Positions 1 through 10,797 of a DNA stretch of 64,000 nt are shown piece after piece (position 1 is the first letter of the stretch; each line of letters begins with the position of its first letter). The DNA lies in contig CAWJZV010000009.1 in NCBI GenBank assembly GCA_963847445.1, positions 102,468-166,467 on the forward strand. Direction: 5' to 3'. Below the pieces are notes generated by a model, which saw only the letters and a program-made list of their open reading frames with translations, did not search any database and was not told the origin of the DNA. The stretch is from an uncultured delta proteobacterium. GTDB taxonomy: Bacteria > Desulfobacterota > Binatia > UBA9968. Position numbers and translations under genes: made by a program.

Positions 1-456
1 GTGGAATTATTGATTCCCGACTTCGAAGGCAATCTCGATGCGCTCAAAACCGTGGTCATTTCCGGTATTCAAATTTTGAATCACAACATCGAAACCGTGC
101 CGCGACTGTACGGCAAGGTCCGGCCGGGACACACCTATGAATGTTCGGTAAATATCTTGAAGACCGCCAAAGCAATGCGGCCGGAAGTGTTAACCAAAAC
201 GGGCATGATGCTTGGCGTCGGCGAAACTCGCGACGAAGTCATGGCGACGCTGCATGAGTTGCGGGAGAATCACGTAGACATCGTCACGCTGGGCCAGTAT
301 CTCCAACCCTCGCCCAAACTCTTGAAGGTCGAACGTTACTTACATCCAGACGAGTTCATGGAATTCAAAACGGCAGCGGACAAACTTGGCTTCCGCCACG
401 TCGAGTCCGGCCCTCTGGTGCGAAGTTCTTATCACGCGTGGAGCCATGTCAATTAG
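1..456 (+). CDS. lipA: Lipoyl synthase, 3' part (runs off window start)
   Basis: Motifs NHNIETVPRLY, TKTGMMLGVGE, TLGQYLQPS and C-terminal SGPLVRSSYHA are characteristic of LipA. Confidence 0.95.
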   Translation: MELLIPDFEGNLDALKTVVISGIQILNHNIETVPRLYGKVRPGHTYECSVNILKTAKAMRPEVLTKTGMMLGVGETRDEVMATLHELRENHVDIVTLGQYLQPSPKLLKVERYLHPDEFMEFKTAADKLGFRHVESGPLVRSSYHAWSHVN

Positions 457-463
457 GATAACG

Positions 464-487
464 GTAGGGGCGACCGGCGGTCACCCT
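464..487 (+). repeat. GTAG-type REP-like hairpin
   Basis: gtaggggcgaccggcggtcaccct: GTAG followed by an imperfect palindrome, intergenic; related to the copy at 3784. Confidence 0.55.
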
Positions 488-508
488 TGGTCAAATAAGG
501 AGGTTGCA

Positions 509-874
509 ATGAAAGTATTGCGAATGCGCTCGTGGAATTTTCACGCGGAGAACTTGGACCAAATGGCCGAGTTCTACCAGCAAGCACTGGGCGCGGAAAT
601 AACCGCGCAACAAACCATCGCCGGCGTCAAAGTTTGCCGTCTGCGTGCTGGTGAAACTGGACTGGGTCTGTTCGATGCCACGGAAAAGCGCGCGCCCGGC
701 GTGCCGCATCACACCTTCGATATTGAAGGACCGAGCGATGCGCAGGAGCTGATCAAAGAGCTGGAAAGCAAGGCGATCAAAACCGATGGCATGCGCATGC
801 ATGGCCAAGGTCCGGGTTACTCGGTTTACGTCATTGATCCCGGCGGCAACCGAATCGAGCTTTCCAAAGATTAA
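509..874 (+). CDS. VOC/glyoxalase family protein
   Basis: AGGAGG RBS before ATG 509; FYQQALG...HHTFDI...YVIDPGGNRIEL pattern. Confidence 0.85.
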   Translation: MKVLRMRSWNFHAENLDQMAEFYQQALGAEITAQQTIAGVKVCRLRAGETGLGLFDATEKRAPGVPHHTFDIEGPSDAQELIKELESKAIKTDGMRMHGQGPGYSVYVIDPGGNRIELSKD

Positions 875-937
875 AACGCGACGTTGCAATTACCAGCTGA
901 CGTTGCCGTTCGCCGATTGAATTCAAAGAATATCGAC

Positions 938-966
938 TTGACATCGTGGGCGGGATTAGCTAGCGT
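938..966 (+). promoter_or_regulatory. Putative sigma70 promoter (TTGACA-17-TAGCGT) of the aminotransferase gene
   Basis: Consensus -35, 17-bp spacer, TAnnnT -10, ATG 10 nt downstream, no Shine-Dalgarno. Confidence 0.5.
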
Positions 967-976
967 CGCGCATCCT

Positions 977-2245
977 ATGTCTGGCAGAGCTTTTCTGCAA
1001 ATTCCCGGACCGAGCCTCGTGCCCGAGCGCGTGGTGCGGGCCATGTCCCAGCCCTTGATCGATCACCGGGGGCCGCAATTCGCGTCTCTTCAGCGCGAAG
1101 TCACGGGGGGGCTGAGAGAGATCTTCAAAACGGTCGAAGGGCGTATTCTTCTCTTTCCCGGCTCAGGCACGGGAGCCTGGGAATGTTGCATTGTCAACAC
1201 GCTTTCGCCCGGTGAAAAGGTCCTTGGCTGTGTCAACGGCCATTTCAGCGACCTGTATTGCAAAATCGCGACCGCCCACGGCATCGACGTCGAGCGCTTG
1301 GAAGTCGAGTACGGCGTCGGCGTGCCGGCGCAGCGAATCGAGGAACGGTTGCGCCGCGATCAGCACCGGCAAATCAAAGCGGTGCTGGTGGTTCAAACGG
1401 AAACCTCGACCGGGGTCACCAGCAATCTCGCAGGTATTCGCAAAGCGATCGACGCCGCGGCCCATCCGGCGCTACTCCTGGCCGACGTCGTGAGTTCCCT
1501 CGGCTGCAGCGACATGCGTTTCGACGAGTGGAAGCTGGATGTCGCCCTGACCGCGCCGCAGAAAGGACTCATGCTGCCGCCGGGCATGGCGCTTCTCGCC
1601 GTAAGCGACAAAGCGCTTGAAGCGAACCGCTCGGCCAAATGCGCGCGCTCGTTTTGGGATTGGCGGCCGGTTTTGGAAAGCAACGCCGCCGGCCATTTCC
1701 CTTACACTCCGGCAACCGCACTGTTATTCGGTTTGAGCGAGAGCTTGAAAATACTCTCAGAAGAAGGTCTCCAGAACGTATTTCACCGTCATGCGCGGCT
1801 GGCCGAAGCTTGTCGCCGCGCCGTTGAAGCGATGCAGCTAAAACTTTTTGCGCGCAATCCCGCAGAGTATTCCAATACGCTGACCGCCGTCACCATGCCC
1901 GATGGACTGGACTCCGACACATTCATCGATCACACGCTCAAGCTGGTAAATCTTCCGCTCGGCAAGGGTCTCGGCAAGGTCAAAGGAAAACTTTTTCGCA
2001 TCGGACACCTCGGCAGTCTCAATGAGCTGGAACTCTTAGGCGTTCTCGCCGGAATCGAGATGGCGTTAAAAAGTTTCGGCGTGAAAATCCCCTTGGCGCC
2101 GGACTCGCGGCGGCAGAAACTTATCTTCTGGAAACCGCAGAAACACGATCGCCGTTATAAAAATCGATCCCGACAAATGCGTTGGTTGCGGCAATTGCCT
2201 GCTGGTCTGTCCGATGGGCGCGATCTACATCGATCCGGCGCATAA
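977..2245 (+). CDS. Class V PLP aminotransferase (serine/alanine-glyoxylate aminotransferase type); probable frameshift near 2095, true stop likely 2160
   Basis: FLQIPGPS, GSGTGAWE, ETSTGV, DVVSSLG, APQKGLMLPPG (PLP lysine), FRIGHLG; the alternate frame gives the typical ending GAGLAAAETYL...*. Confidence 0.9.
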   Translation: MSGRAFLQIPGPSLVPERVVRAMSQPLIDHRGPQFASLQREVTGGLREIFKTVEGRILLFPGSGTGAWECCIVNTLSPGEKVLGCVNGHFSDLYCKIATAHGIDVERLEVEYGVGVPAQRIEERLRRDQHRQIKAVLVVQTETSTGVTSNLAGIRKAIDAAAHPALLLADVVSSLGCSDMRFDEWKLDVALTAPQKGLMLPPGMALLAVSDKALEANRSAKCARSFWDWRPVLESNAAGHFPYTPATALLFGLSESLKILSEEGLQNVFHRHARLAEACRRAVEAMQLKLFARNPAEYSNTLTAVTMPDGLDSDTFIDHTLKLVNLPLGKGLGKVKGKLFRIGHLGSLNELELLGVLAGIEMALKSFGVKIPLAPDSRRQKLIFWKPQKHDRRYKNRSRQMRWLRQLPAGLSDGRDLHRSGA

Positions 2246-3760
2246 CCGCGCGCGCATCAACGCGGACGAATGCGTGAAATGCTCACCTACGTCCCGTGGA
2301 TCAGCCTGGCACTGGTCAATCTGGTAAACTGGTAACGGCATTGACTGGATCGGGTGGGCCGGATCGACGTCGAGATGTGAAATTTGCCATCTGACATCCA
2401 TTCCAGCGTGATAGCGAGGATCAAGCCTCGCGGCCTTCGTCGACAGCCACCTCGCCGTGCGCAGAAGCCGCGCATCACCGCCGCGCGGCCCGACCAGTTG
2501 CACGCCGATGGGCAGGCCGTCGGCGCTCTGCAATAAAGGTAACGTGATACAGGGCATGCCGCACAGCGTCCACAAGGTGCAAAACGATGGATCGCCGGTG
2601 GACGCAAGCCCCCTCGGCGCGGCGCTCGGCGCCGCCGGCGTCAGGATCGCGTCGTAGCGTTGCTCGAAAAGCTCGACGAAACTGTCGTGCATCGGCGCGA
2701 TCTGTTTGAGCGCCCGTTGGTAATCCACCGCGCGCACTTCACGGCCGCGCTCGATCTGCGCGCGCAGTTGCTCGGATAGCAGCGCCCGGCTGTTTTGCCA
2801 TTCTCGTTCGAAGTTATGGGCAACCTCGGCGCCCATGATCGTCTGGTGCCATTGCCATCCCTCATGGGCCGACGGGAACAGTTCTACTTCTTCCGCTTGC
2901 GCGCCCAACTGCTCGACGATCTCGGCGAACCCTTCTTTGGTTTCATCATCGCTCCGTTGCCACATCGGCGTCTTGATAAAAGCGAACATCGGCGCCAGCG
3001 GCGGCTCTTCGGCGGAAATAGTGGTGAACGAAATCCGCGCCCGCGGCTGGGTGTCGGGATCGTTTTCATCGTAGGCGACCAACTGCTCGGCGAGGAGCGC
3101 GATGTCATCGATGGTCCGAGCGAACAAGCCGACATGGTCGAGAGTGCGCGAAAGCGGCGAAGCACGATGGCGCGAAATCAAACCATGAGTTGGCTTGAAA
3201 CCGACGACGCCGCAGTAAGCCGCAGGCCGAATCGTCGACCCGGCGGTCTGACTGCCGATGGCGAGCGGCACCATGTGCGCCGCCACCGCCGCCGCCGAAC
3301 CGCTCGACGAGCCGCCAGGCGTATGCTCTCGGTTATGCGGGTTGCGGGTTTTCCCAGGATTTAGAAAGGCAAACTCGGTCGTCACCGCTTTGCCGATGAT
3401 CACCGCCCCAGCGCCACGCAGCAAAGCCACCGCGGTGGCATCGCGCGACGGCGTGCGCCCGGCGTGAATCGGCGAACCGTACTCCGTCGGCATGTCGGCC
3501 GTGTCGAAAATATCCTTGATGGCGATCGGAACGCCATGCAATGGCCCGGTCGGCTTGCCTGCAAGACGATATTGATCGAGAGCGCGCGCTTGCGTCAGCG
3601 CATACTCCGGATCGAGAAATGCCCACGCTTGAATGTTGTCATCGACGGCATGTATATGCGTCAAACAGGCTTCGACCAGTTGCTCCGAACTGATCACGCC
3701 GTCGCGCATCAGCCGCGCCACGTCGCACGCCGAAAGCTGGTGTAAATCTGTTAGGTCCAT
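2225..3760 (-). CDS. Amidase signature family protein (C-terminal extension probably a frameshift artefact; true stop ~2421)
   Basis: GPLHGVPIAIKD, PGGSSSGSAAAVAA, GSQTAGSTIRPAAYCGVVGFKPT, LPIGVQLVG. Confidence 0.92.
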   Translation of the reverse strand: MDLTDLHQLSACDVARLMRDGVISSEQLVEACLTHIHAVDDNIQAWAFLDPEYALTQARALDQYRLAGKPTGPLHGVPIAIKDIFDTADMPTEYGSPIHAGRTPSRDATAVALLRGAGAVIIGKAVTTEFAFLNPGKTRNPHNREHTPGGSSSGSAAAVAAHMVPLAIGSQTAGSTIRPAAYCGVVGFKPTHGLISRHRASPLSRTLDHVGLFARTIDDIALLAEQLVAYDENDPDTQPRARISFTTISAEEPPLAPMFAFIKTPMWQRSDDETKEGFAEIVEQLGAQAEEVELFPSAHEGWQWHQTIMGAEVAHNFEREWQNSRALLSEQLRAQIERGREVRAVDYQRALKQIAPMHDSFVELFEQRYDAILTPAAPSAAPRGLASTGDPSFCTLWTLCGMPCITLPLLQSADGLPIGVQLVGPRGGDARLLRTARWLSTKAARLDPRYHAGMDVRWQISHLDVDPAHPIQSMPLPVYQIDQCQADPRDVGEHFTHSSALMRARLCAGSM

Positions 3761-3783
3761 CGTAGTGGTCCTAATTGCCGTTC

Positions 3784-3811
3784 GTAGGGGCGATTGATGA
3801 ATCGCCCCTAC
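3784..3811. repeat. GTAG-type REP palindrome
   Basis: gtaggggcgattgatgaatcgcccctac, a near-perfect inverted repeat between dctM and the amidase gene. Confidence 0.7.
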
Positions 3812-3823
3812 CTTGTAATGCGA

Positions 3824-5906
3824 TTAATTCCCATACAGAAACTCCGGCAGCCACAAGGTCATGCCCGGCCAGGCGTACATGCAAATGAGACAGAGAACGA
3901 CGATCAGCATATACGGCATCATGCCGGCGAAGATTTGGTTGAGCGTGACATGCTTGGGCGCGACGCCCTTGAGATAAAACGCCGACATCGCCACTGGCGG
4001 CGATAGGAACGCCGCCTGCAGATTGACCGCGACCATGGTGCCGAACAAAATCGGATCGACGTTGAAATGGCCGAGCAGCGGAACAAAGATCGGACAAAAA
4101 ATCACGATGATCTCGGTCCACTCCAGCGGCCAGCCAAGCAGAAAAATAATCATCTGCGAAACAAACAGAAACCCGAGCGGCGATAGATTCATGCCGAGAA
4201 CCCAGCGCTCGATCAAACCTTGGCCGCCGTGCAGCGCGAACACGGCGGAGAAAAGCGCCGAGCCGATGAACAGCCAGCACACCATCGCCGTAGTCTTGGC
4301 GGTGAGAAAAGTCGCTTCTTGAAGATTCCGCCTGAGCTCCGGCGATTTCGGCACCGTTTGAAGCAAAGGTATCGCCGTGCCCAAAAACGTCGCGCCGAGC
4401 GATCCCGAAACGATCAAGGTAGCGATGTCGCCGCGTTGGAGGCCGAGCGCGACACCGGCAATACGCTCCAGCAAGACTCCACCAACCACAGATTCTGGGA
4501 AATTTCACCATGACCGCTAGATAGAGCGCGCCGAGCGCGCCGATCGCCGCGGACTCGGTCGCGGTGCAAATACCCAAGAGAATCACCGCCAGCACGACGG
4601 TCGTAAGCACGCCGAGCGGCACGACGGAGATCGTCAGTTCCTTTAAAATCTCGAACTGCTCGCCATCCATGCGCCGATAGTAATAGATCAGCAGGAGCGT
4701 CGAGAACGCTGCCAGACCCCAGAACCAAGTGTAAAACTGTGCCGGAACTTTCTTCGCCGAGGCGGCGGTTGGCTCAGTGAGCGAAGTTAATTCGCGCGGT
4801 GGCGCGTCCACTGGCTGCGTCGGTTCCGAAGACTCGACCGCAGTTTCCGCCGAGCCCAGCTCCTTGGGCTTTGCCTCGAAGCTGCCACGGTCTGAGGTTT
4901 GCTCCGCCGCGGCGCTAAGCTCGACCGGTTGGTCTGGCTGCGCCGGTGCCGTCTCGGAGTCGGCGGGTGTGGCCGGCAGAGTCGCGGCCGTCGTTGCCGC
5001 CGCTGGAGCATTGTGAATCACCACGTACCACCAGGCGCCGGCGTAGGTTCCAACGGTTAGGGCCAACGGCACCATCAGCACGAGAAAATTGTTGACGATA
5101 AAACCATAGCCCAAGCGTTTCCCATCGGGAACCGTTGCGCCTTGGAGTTTTCCAGGCTGAAACAGGAATCCAATCAGACCGCCGAACACTCGCCTCCCTG
5201 AACCATGTTCGATCCGTTGAAGCCAGTCGGAAAGCTTAACCCGGTACTGATCCGGCGGCAGTTTGGGCGCGATCTTCGGATTGATCATCGCCCAACCGAG
5301 AATGTAAATAAGATAGAGAAAGGTCAGAAAGAAACCCGGTAACATTGCGGCAGCGTAAAGCTTAACGATCGATTGGCCTGCGACGGCGGCATAGACGATC
5401 AGCATGACCGACGGCGGAATGAGAATGCCGAGCGTGCCACCCGCGGTGATCGCGCCAGCAGCCAGCCGCACGTCGTAGCCGGCGTTGAGCATGGGGCGTA
5501 GCGCGATGACGCCCATCAAGACGACGACCGCGCCGACGATGCCGGAGGCGATGCCCCAGAAGGCGCAGACGAGCAGCGTCGTAACGGCGAGCGATGCCGG
5601 CACGCGGCGAAACGCCAGTTGCACGCTGTGAAACATCCGGTCGACCAGCGCCGCGCGCTCCATGATGTAGCCCATGAAAACGAACAACGGCACCGACAAG
5701 AGCGTGTCATTAGTCATGACACCGTAGGTACGTTGGACCATCAGGTCAAATATTCGGTTCTGCCACCAGTGTTGGCTCGGGTCCCAGAAGGCCAGGGCGC
5801 CAAAAATCATCCCAAGGCCCATGAGTGTGAACGCGGTAGGGAAGCCCATCATGATCGCGACGACGATGAGGCCGAGCATGGTCAAGCCGAGGATCGGATC
5901 GCTCAT
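3824..5906 (-). CDS. dctM: TRAP transporter large permease (DctM), split by frameshift(s) near 4450-4500
   Basis: GGTLGILIPPS, ATESAAIGA, FLSPPVAMSAFYLKGV; follows dctQ; ORFs 3771..5906 and 3824..4489 join. Confidence 0.9.
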
Positions 5907-6583
5907 GGCTTTTTCTCGTCCTCTTCCATGTCCATGGAGCTGCGATGACGCGCCGCGTCGTCGATGGCATGAGCCGACTTCATGGTCGCCAGACGTGACT
6001 CTTCGTCGATGAATTCGCTATGCGAAAGTTGGCTCTCGATAACGTCGATCTCTTCCACATCGTCCAAACGCGCTGGCCAAGCGCCCGTGCGAATGCAAAG
6101 GATGCAGCGGATGATTTCACCGAGGCCCTGAAGCATGACAAATGTGCCCGCGATCGGAATGACTGTTTTGAAGTAGTAGATCGGCGGACCCTCCGCCGTC
6201 ACATTCGAGTGCTCTGCTATGCGCCAGGAGTCGGCGGCGTAACCGTAGCCCGCGTAGACGAGCCCGAGGATGCCCGGCATAAAAAATAGAAAATACAACG
6301 CGAGGTCGAGCGACGCCTGGGTGCGCGGTTTGAGGTAGAGGTAGACAAAGTCAGCGCGCACATGGCCGGCGAGCGCCAAGGTGTAAGCGCCACACATCAT
6401 GAAAAGCGTGCCGTAGAGCATGTTGTTCAGATCGAAGATCCACGCCGTCGGCGCGTTCAAGATGTAGCGCTTGAACACCTCGATGGACACCACCAGCGTC
6501 AACCCCAGGATCAGCCAGGCGAATGCTTTGCCGGTCCAGTAACTGATCTGGTCGATGATGCGGAGCAGCGGCCGAGCGTCCAT
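5903..6583 (-). CDS. dctQ: TRAP transporter small permease (DctQ)
   Basis: Four TM segments, EVFKRYILNAPTAW, GHVRADF; lies between dctP and dctM. Confidence 0.9.
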   Translation of the reverse strand: MDARPLLRIIDQISYWTGKAFAWLILGLTLVVSIEVFKRYILNAPTAWIFDLNNMLYGTLFMMCGAYTLALAGHVRADFVYLYLKPRTQASLDLALYFLFFMPGILGLVYAGYGYAADSWRIAEHSNVTAEGPPIYYFKTVIPIAGTFVMLQGLGEIIRCILCIRTGAWPARLDDVEEIDVIESQLSHSEFIDEESRLATMKSAHAIDDAARHRSSMDMEEDEKKP

Positions 6584-6594
6584 GATTTTTCTCG

Positions 6595-6633
6595 AAAAAA
6601 AGCCAGTCATCCGGTCACTGCCGAATGACTGGC
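6595..6633 (-). terminator. Stem-loop with U-tract between dctP and dctQ (attenuator/stabiliser)
   Basis: Minus strand reads gccagtcattcgg-cagtga-ccggatgactggc followed by a run of T. Confidence 0.6.
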
Positions 6634-6658
6634 GTGTTGCGCCAATCGCTTCAGGGAC

Positions 6659-7822
6659 TTAGCCCTTCTTAACCACTGGTTTAGCGGCAGGCTTGGCAAA
6701 ATAGTGGTTGTAGGCCATGCGGCGGGCTACGTTCGTGTCGAGGTCCCACTTTACCGCTCGTGCGGCAAAGGCGCGCTGCGATTCAGCGACTTCTTTGAAC
6801 GTGGGGTTCTCGGCCGATTTTTTTGCCTCCACCTGGTCGAAGACCTCGAGCTGTTTCTGCAGGATGGAGTCTGGGGTCCTATAAAATCTAACCTTGTCTT
6901 TAGTTTGCAGCTCGACGTAGTCTTTCGAGTACCGGTCGATTGCCTTCCATGACATGTCGGCAGACGCCGCATCCGAGGCGTATGCGATGATCGCCTTCAT
7001 CTTGTCCGGCAGCCCGTCGAACTTGGTCTTATTGAACAGAACCTCGAACTGCTCTGCGTTCTGGTGGTAACTCTGCAGCATGCAGACCTTCGAGACATCT
7101 TGGAAGCCGAGGGCGCGGTCGGAGGACGCGTTGTTGAACTCCGCGGCCTCGATCAGGCCACGGTCCAACGCCGGCACGATCTCGCCGCCGGGTAGCGCGT
7201 TCACCGATGCACCCATGCCTTGGAACAGATCAATTGAGATACCCACAGTGCGGAACTTCATACCCTTGAAGTCGTCGGGCTTGGTAACCACTTTTTTGTA
7301 CCAGCCGAGCGGCTGCGTCGGCATCGGGCCGTACGGGAAGGAAACAACATTGGCGCCGAGCGCGTTGTAAATCTTGACGAGCAGCTCCTTGCCGCCGCCG
7401 TACTTGTGCCAGGAGAGGATCATGTTGGCATCCATGCCATAAGCCGGACTCGACCCCCACAGCGCAAGTGCTGTCTGTTTGCCGTAGTGGTAGCTGAGAA
7501 CCCCGTGGCCGCCGTCTAGCGTGCCCTTCGACACGGCATCGAGCAGTTGAAAAGCCGGCACCACCGCGCCGGCGGGTAGTACTTCGATCTTGAGATCGCC
7601 GCCGGTCATGTCGACGACCTTCTTGGCGAAGTCGAGCGCGAACTCGTGGAAGATGTCTTTAGATGGCCAAGTGCTCTGAAAGCGCATCGAGGTAACACCC
7701 TGCGATTTGACGATGTTGGGAAACCCCAACACCGCGGCGCCACCGGCGGCGATTGCGGCCTTCATAACATTGCGCCGCGACACCTTCGTGGATTCCGGCT
7801 TCTCAGCGTTCTCTTGAGTCAT
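6659..7822 (-). CDS. dctP: TRAP substrate-binding protein (DctP, TakP-like alpha-keto/hydroxy-acid type) with Tat signal
   Basis: SRRNVMK twin-arginine leader, LPAGAVVPAFQLLDAV, GMKFRTVG, GGEIVPALDRGLIEAAEF. Confidence 0.9.
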   Translation of the reverse strand: MTQENAEKPESTKVSRRNVMKAAIAAGGAAVLGFPNIVKSQGVTSMRFQSTWPSKDIFHEFALDFAKKVVDMTGGDLKIEVLPAGAVVPAFQLLDAVSKGTLDGGHGVLSYHYGKQTALALWGSSPAYGMDANMILSWHKYGGGKELLVKIYNALGANVVSFPYGPMPTQPLGWYKKVVTKPDDFKGMKFRTVGISIDLFQGMGASVNALPGGEIVPALDRGLIEAAEFNNASSDRALGFQDVSKVCMLQSYHQNAEQFEVLFNKTKFDGLPDKMKAIIAYASDAASADMSWKAIDRYSKDYVELQTKDKVRFYRTPDSILQKQLEVFDQVEAKKSAENPTFKEVAESQRAFAARAVKWDLDTNVARRMAYNHYFAKPAAKPVVKKG

Positions 7823-7919
7823 GTGATTCCCTCCCTCGGGATTTGTGACGGATTAGCTTTCCGCTTATATACACTTCATCAATTGGCGTCAATGTCACTA
7901 CCGTTCTTCGCCCGGCAGG

Positions 7920-7949
7920 TTGACACATACTTCTCCACTCCGCTACGCT
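7920..7949 (+). promoter_or_regulatory. Putative sigma70 promoter (TTGACA-18-TACGCT) of glcD, likely leaderless
   Basis: Consensus -35; -10 ends 7 nt before GTG 7957; no SD. Confidence 0.5.
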
Positions 7950-7956
7950 CCTGGCC

Positions 7957-9393
7957 GTGACCCATGAGCATCTAATCGGCGAACTGCGCGCCATCGTCGG
8001 CCCACCCTACGTCTTAATCGACAGAGAAGACGTGATCGTCTACGAACAGGACGGGTCGATCTTCCAGGTCATGCCGGAGATCGTCGTCCTACCGGCCAAC
8101 GTCGAAGAAGTTTCAGCGGTGGTTAAAGCGGCGCAGCGCGCCAATGTGCCGATCGTGCCGCGCGGCTCGGGCACTGGACTAGCCGGCGGCGCGGTGCCGG
8201 CCGAGGGCGGCATCATCCTATCGCTCACGCGTTTCGATCGTATCCTGAAGATCGATCTGGAGAATCGTCTCGCCTTGGTCGAACCCGGCGTCATCAACCT
8301 CGATGTCACCAAAGCGGTCGCCAAGGACGGGTTTTTCTACGCCCCCGACCCAAGCAGCCAGGCCGCTTGTTCCATCGGCGGCAACGTGGCGAACAACTCC
8401 GGCGGGCCGCACACACTGGCCTACGGCGTCACCACCAATCATGTGCTGGGCGTCGAAGTCGTCCTCGACAATGGTGAAATCGTCTGGCTGGGCGGCGAAG
8501 TTGCCGACACGCCGGGCTACGACCTCTGCGGTGTTTTCGTCGGCTCCGAAGGCACCATGGGCATTGTCACGAAAATCGCCGTCAAGCTCATGCCGGGTCG
8601 CGAGTCTGTGCGCACCTTGCTCGCGATCTTCGACGACATGGACCACGCCACCAAAACCGTCGTCGATATTACCTCCGAAGGAATTATTCCGGCGGCGCTG
8701 GAAATCATGGACCACACCGCCATCGAAGCGGTCGAGCGCGGCGCGCCGGTGGGTTTTCCGCGCGACGCCGCGGCGGTGTTGATCGTCGAAGTCGAAGGAC
8801 TGAGCGAACATACCGAACTGTCGATACATCTCGCCAGCGAGGTTTGCCAACACAATGGCGCCCGCGAGGTGCGCGTTGCCAAGGATGAAGCTCAACGGCA
8901 GCTGTTATGGAAAGGCCGCAAAGGCGCCTTCGGCGCCATGGGCACATTGGCGCCCAATTATTACGTCCAAGACGGCGTCGTGCCGCGCAGCCAGTTACCC
9001 GAGATGATGCGCCGCGTCGCCGCCATCGGCAAAGAATTTAACTTAACCATCGCCAACGTGTTTCACGCCGGCGACGGCAATCTGCACCCGAATATTTTGT
9101 TCGACATGCGCAAACCCGGCGAGTTGGAGCGCGTCATCGAAGCCGGCGCCGCGACCCTGCGCGCCTGCGTCGAGCTGGGCGGCAGCATCACCGGCGAACA
9201 TGGCGTCGGCATGGAAAAAAAGGCCTACATCGGCCTGCTGTTCAACGACGCCGATCTCGCCGCCATGACCTGCGTGCGTCACGCTTTCGACCCCGACGGC
9301 CGTTTCAATCCGGCGAAATTGTTTCCGACCCCGGCCGGTTGCGGCGAAGTGCGATTAGAACCGGCAAAGATTCCGGCGGGGTTGTGGATATGA
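7957..9393 (+). CDS. glcD: Glycolate oxidase FAD-linked subunit
   Basis: PRGSGTGLAGGA, YAPDPSSQAACSIGGNVANNSGG, HAGDGNLHP, GEHGVG. Confidence 0.88.
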   Translation: MTHEHLIGELRAIVGPPYVLIDREDVIVYEQDGSIFQVMPEIVVLPANVEEVSAVVKAAQRANVPIVPRGSGTGLAGGAVPAEGGIILSLTRFDRILKIDLENRLALVEPGVINLDVTKAVAKDGFFYAPDPSSQAACSIGGNVANNSGGPHTLAYGVTTNHVLGVEVVLDNGEIVWLGGEVADTPGYDLCGVFVGSEGTMGIVTKIAVKLMPGRESVRTLLAIFDDMDHATKTVVDITSEGIIPAALEIMDHTAIEAVERGAPVGFPRDAAAVLIVEVEGLSEHTELSIHLASEVCQHNGAREVRVAKDEAQRQLLWKGRKGAFGAMGTLAPNYYVQDGVVPRSQLPEMMRRVAAIGKEFNLTIANVFHAGDGNLHPNILFDMRKPGELERVIEAGAATLRACVELGGSITGEHGVGMEKKAYIGLLFNDADLAAMTCVRHAFDPDGRFNPAKLFPTPAGCGEVRLEPAKIPAGLWI

Positions 9394-9492
9394 CTGAATA
9401 CGTTTCGGGTTTTGGGTTAGCTGTTTCGGGTTAACTCAGAACTCTACCTCTCCGACACGAAACTCGAAACGCGAAACTATTAAAGGTCGCAC

Positions 9493-10797
9493 TTGGAACA
9501 TACCCATCACACCCCTGATACCGGGAATGAACCGCGAATCGCCACTCTCGACCTTGCCGAACTCTACCAATGCGTTCACTGCGGCCTGTGTTTGAACCAG
9601 TGTCCAACCTACCGCGTCACTCGTCTCGAGGCGGAATCGCCGCGCGGCAGAATCCATCTGGTCAAAGCTGCCGCCGACGGGCGCATCGAGTTGAACGATC
9701 GCTTCAAAGAGCATCTGCAACTTTGTTTGCTCTGCCGCGCCTGCGAGTCCGCTTGTCCCTCCGGCGTGCAATATGGCCGCATCGCCGAAACCGCCCGCGA
9801 ACATATCGGCCCGCCGGGGTCGCCGGCGGCCAAAGCGCTATTGAACTTCGTTTTTACGCAGATACTGCCCCACGCCGCAAGGTTAAGACTGGCTTTCACG
9901 CTTTTGCGCCTGTACCAGCGCACCGGCCTGCAGAAATTGCTACGGCTGTTCATGCCGGCAAAGCTGCGCGCTATGGATGCCATGCTGCCGGCGATCCCGT
10001 CCAAGTTTTTTCAGCCGGCGGCAAACATTCTGTCCGCCATCGGTCCGCGCCGCGCCCGCGTCGCCATGCTCAACGGCTGCGTCATGCCGCTGCTATTCGG
10101 CGACGTTAACGACGCCACTGTGCGGGTGCTGCGGCGCAGCGGCTGCGATGTAATATTTCCCGATCAACAAGTCTGCTGCGGCGCCTTGAACATTCACAAC
10201 GGCGAACAAGCGGCGGCTAGGCAGATGGCTCGGCGTAATATCGACGCGTTTCTCGACGCCGGTGTCGATGCCATTGTCGTCAACGCCGCGGGCTGCGGCG
10301 CGGCGATGAAGGAGTATGACTTTCTGTTGCGTGACGATCCTGACTATGCGGAAAAGGCCAAGCGCTTCACCGCCCTGGTCAAAGACGCCGGCGAGTTTCT
10401 CGCCGGGCTCGGGCTGGTCGGCGCATTGCAGCCGATAAACCTGACCGTCACCTACCAAGACCCTTGCCACCTCGCCCATGGCCAAAAGATTCGCCGCCAA
10501 CCGCGAGAGTTACTGCAAGCGATCCCCGGACTGAAATTAGTTGAAATGGACGGCAGCGACCGCTGCTGTGGCAGTGCCGGCATTTATAACCTCACCCACG
10601 CCAGCATGTCGCAACAGCTTCTCAAGGAAAAAATGCAGGCCGTCGGCGCGGCCAATGCCGACGCGGTAGTCGCGCCCAATCCCGGCTGCATGCTCCAACT
10701 GCGCTACGGCGGGCAAAACTACGGACCGAATCTACCGGTGTATCATTTGATGGATCTGCTCGACCGCGCCTACGGCGAGGCGCCGGTAAAGCCATGA
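9493..10797 (+). CDS. glcF: Glycolate oxidase Fe-S subunit
   Basis: CVHCGLCLNQCP and CLLCRACESACP ferredoxin motifs plus two CCG domains. Confidence 0.88.
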   Translation: MEHTHHTPDTGNEPRIATLDLAELYQCVHCGLCLNQCPTYRVTRLEAESPRGRIHLVKAAADGRIELNDRFKEHLQLCLLCRACESACPSGVQYGRIAETAREHIGPPGSPAAKALLNFVFTQILPHAARLRLAFTLLRLYQRTGLQKLLRLFMPAKLRAMDAMLPAIPSKFFQPAANILSAIGPRRARVAMLNGCVMPLLFGDVNDATVRVLRRSGCDVIFPDQQVCCGALNIHNGEQAAARQMARRNIDAFLDAGVDAIVVNAAGCGAAMKEYDFLLRDDPDYAEKAKRFTALVKDAGEFLAGLGLVGALQPINLTVTYQDPCHLAHGQKIRRQPRELLQAIPGLKLVEMDGSDRCCGSAGIYNLTHASMSQQLLKEKMQAVGAANADAVVAPNPGCMLQLRYGGQNYGPNLPVYHLMDLLDRAYGEAPVKP

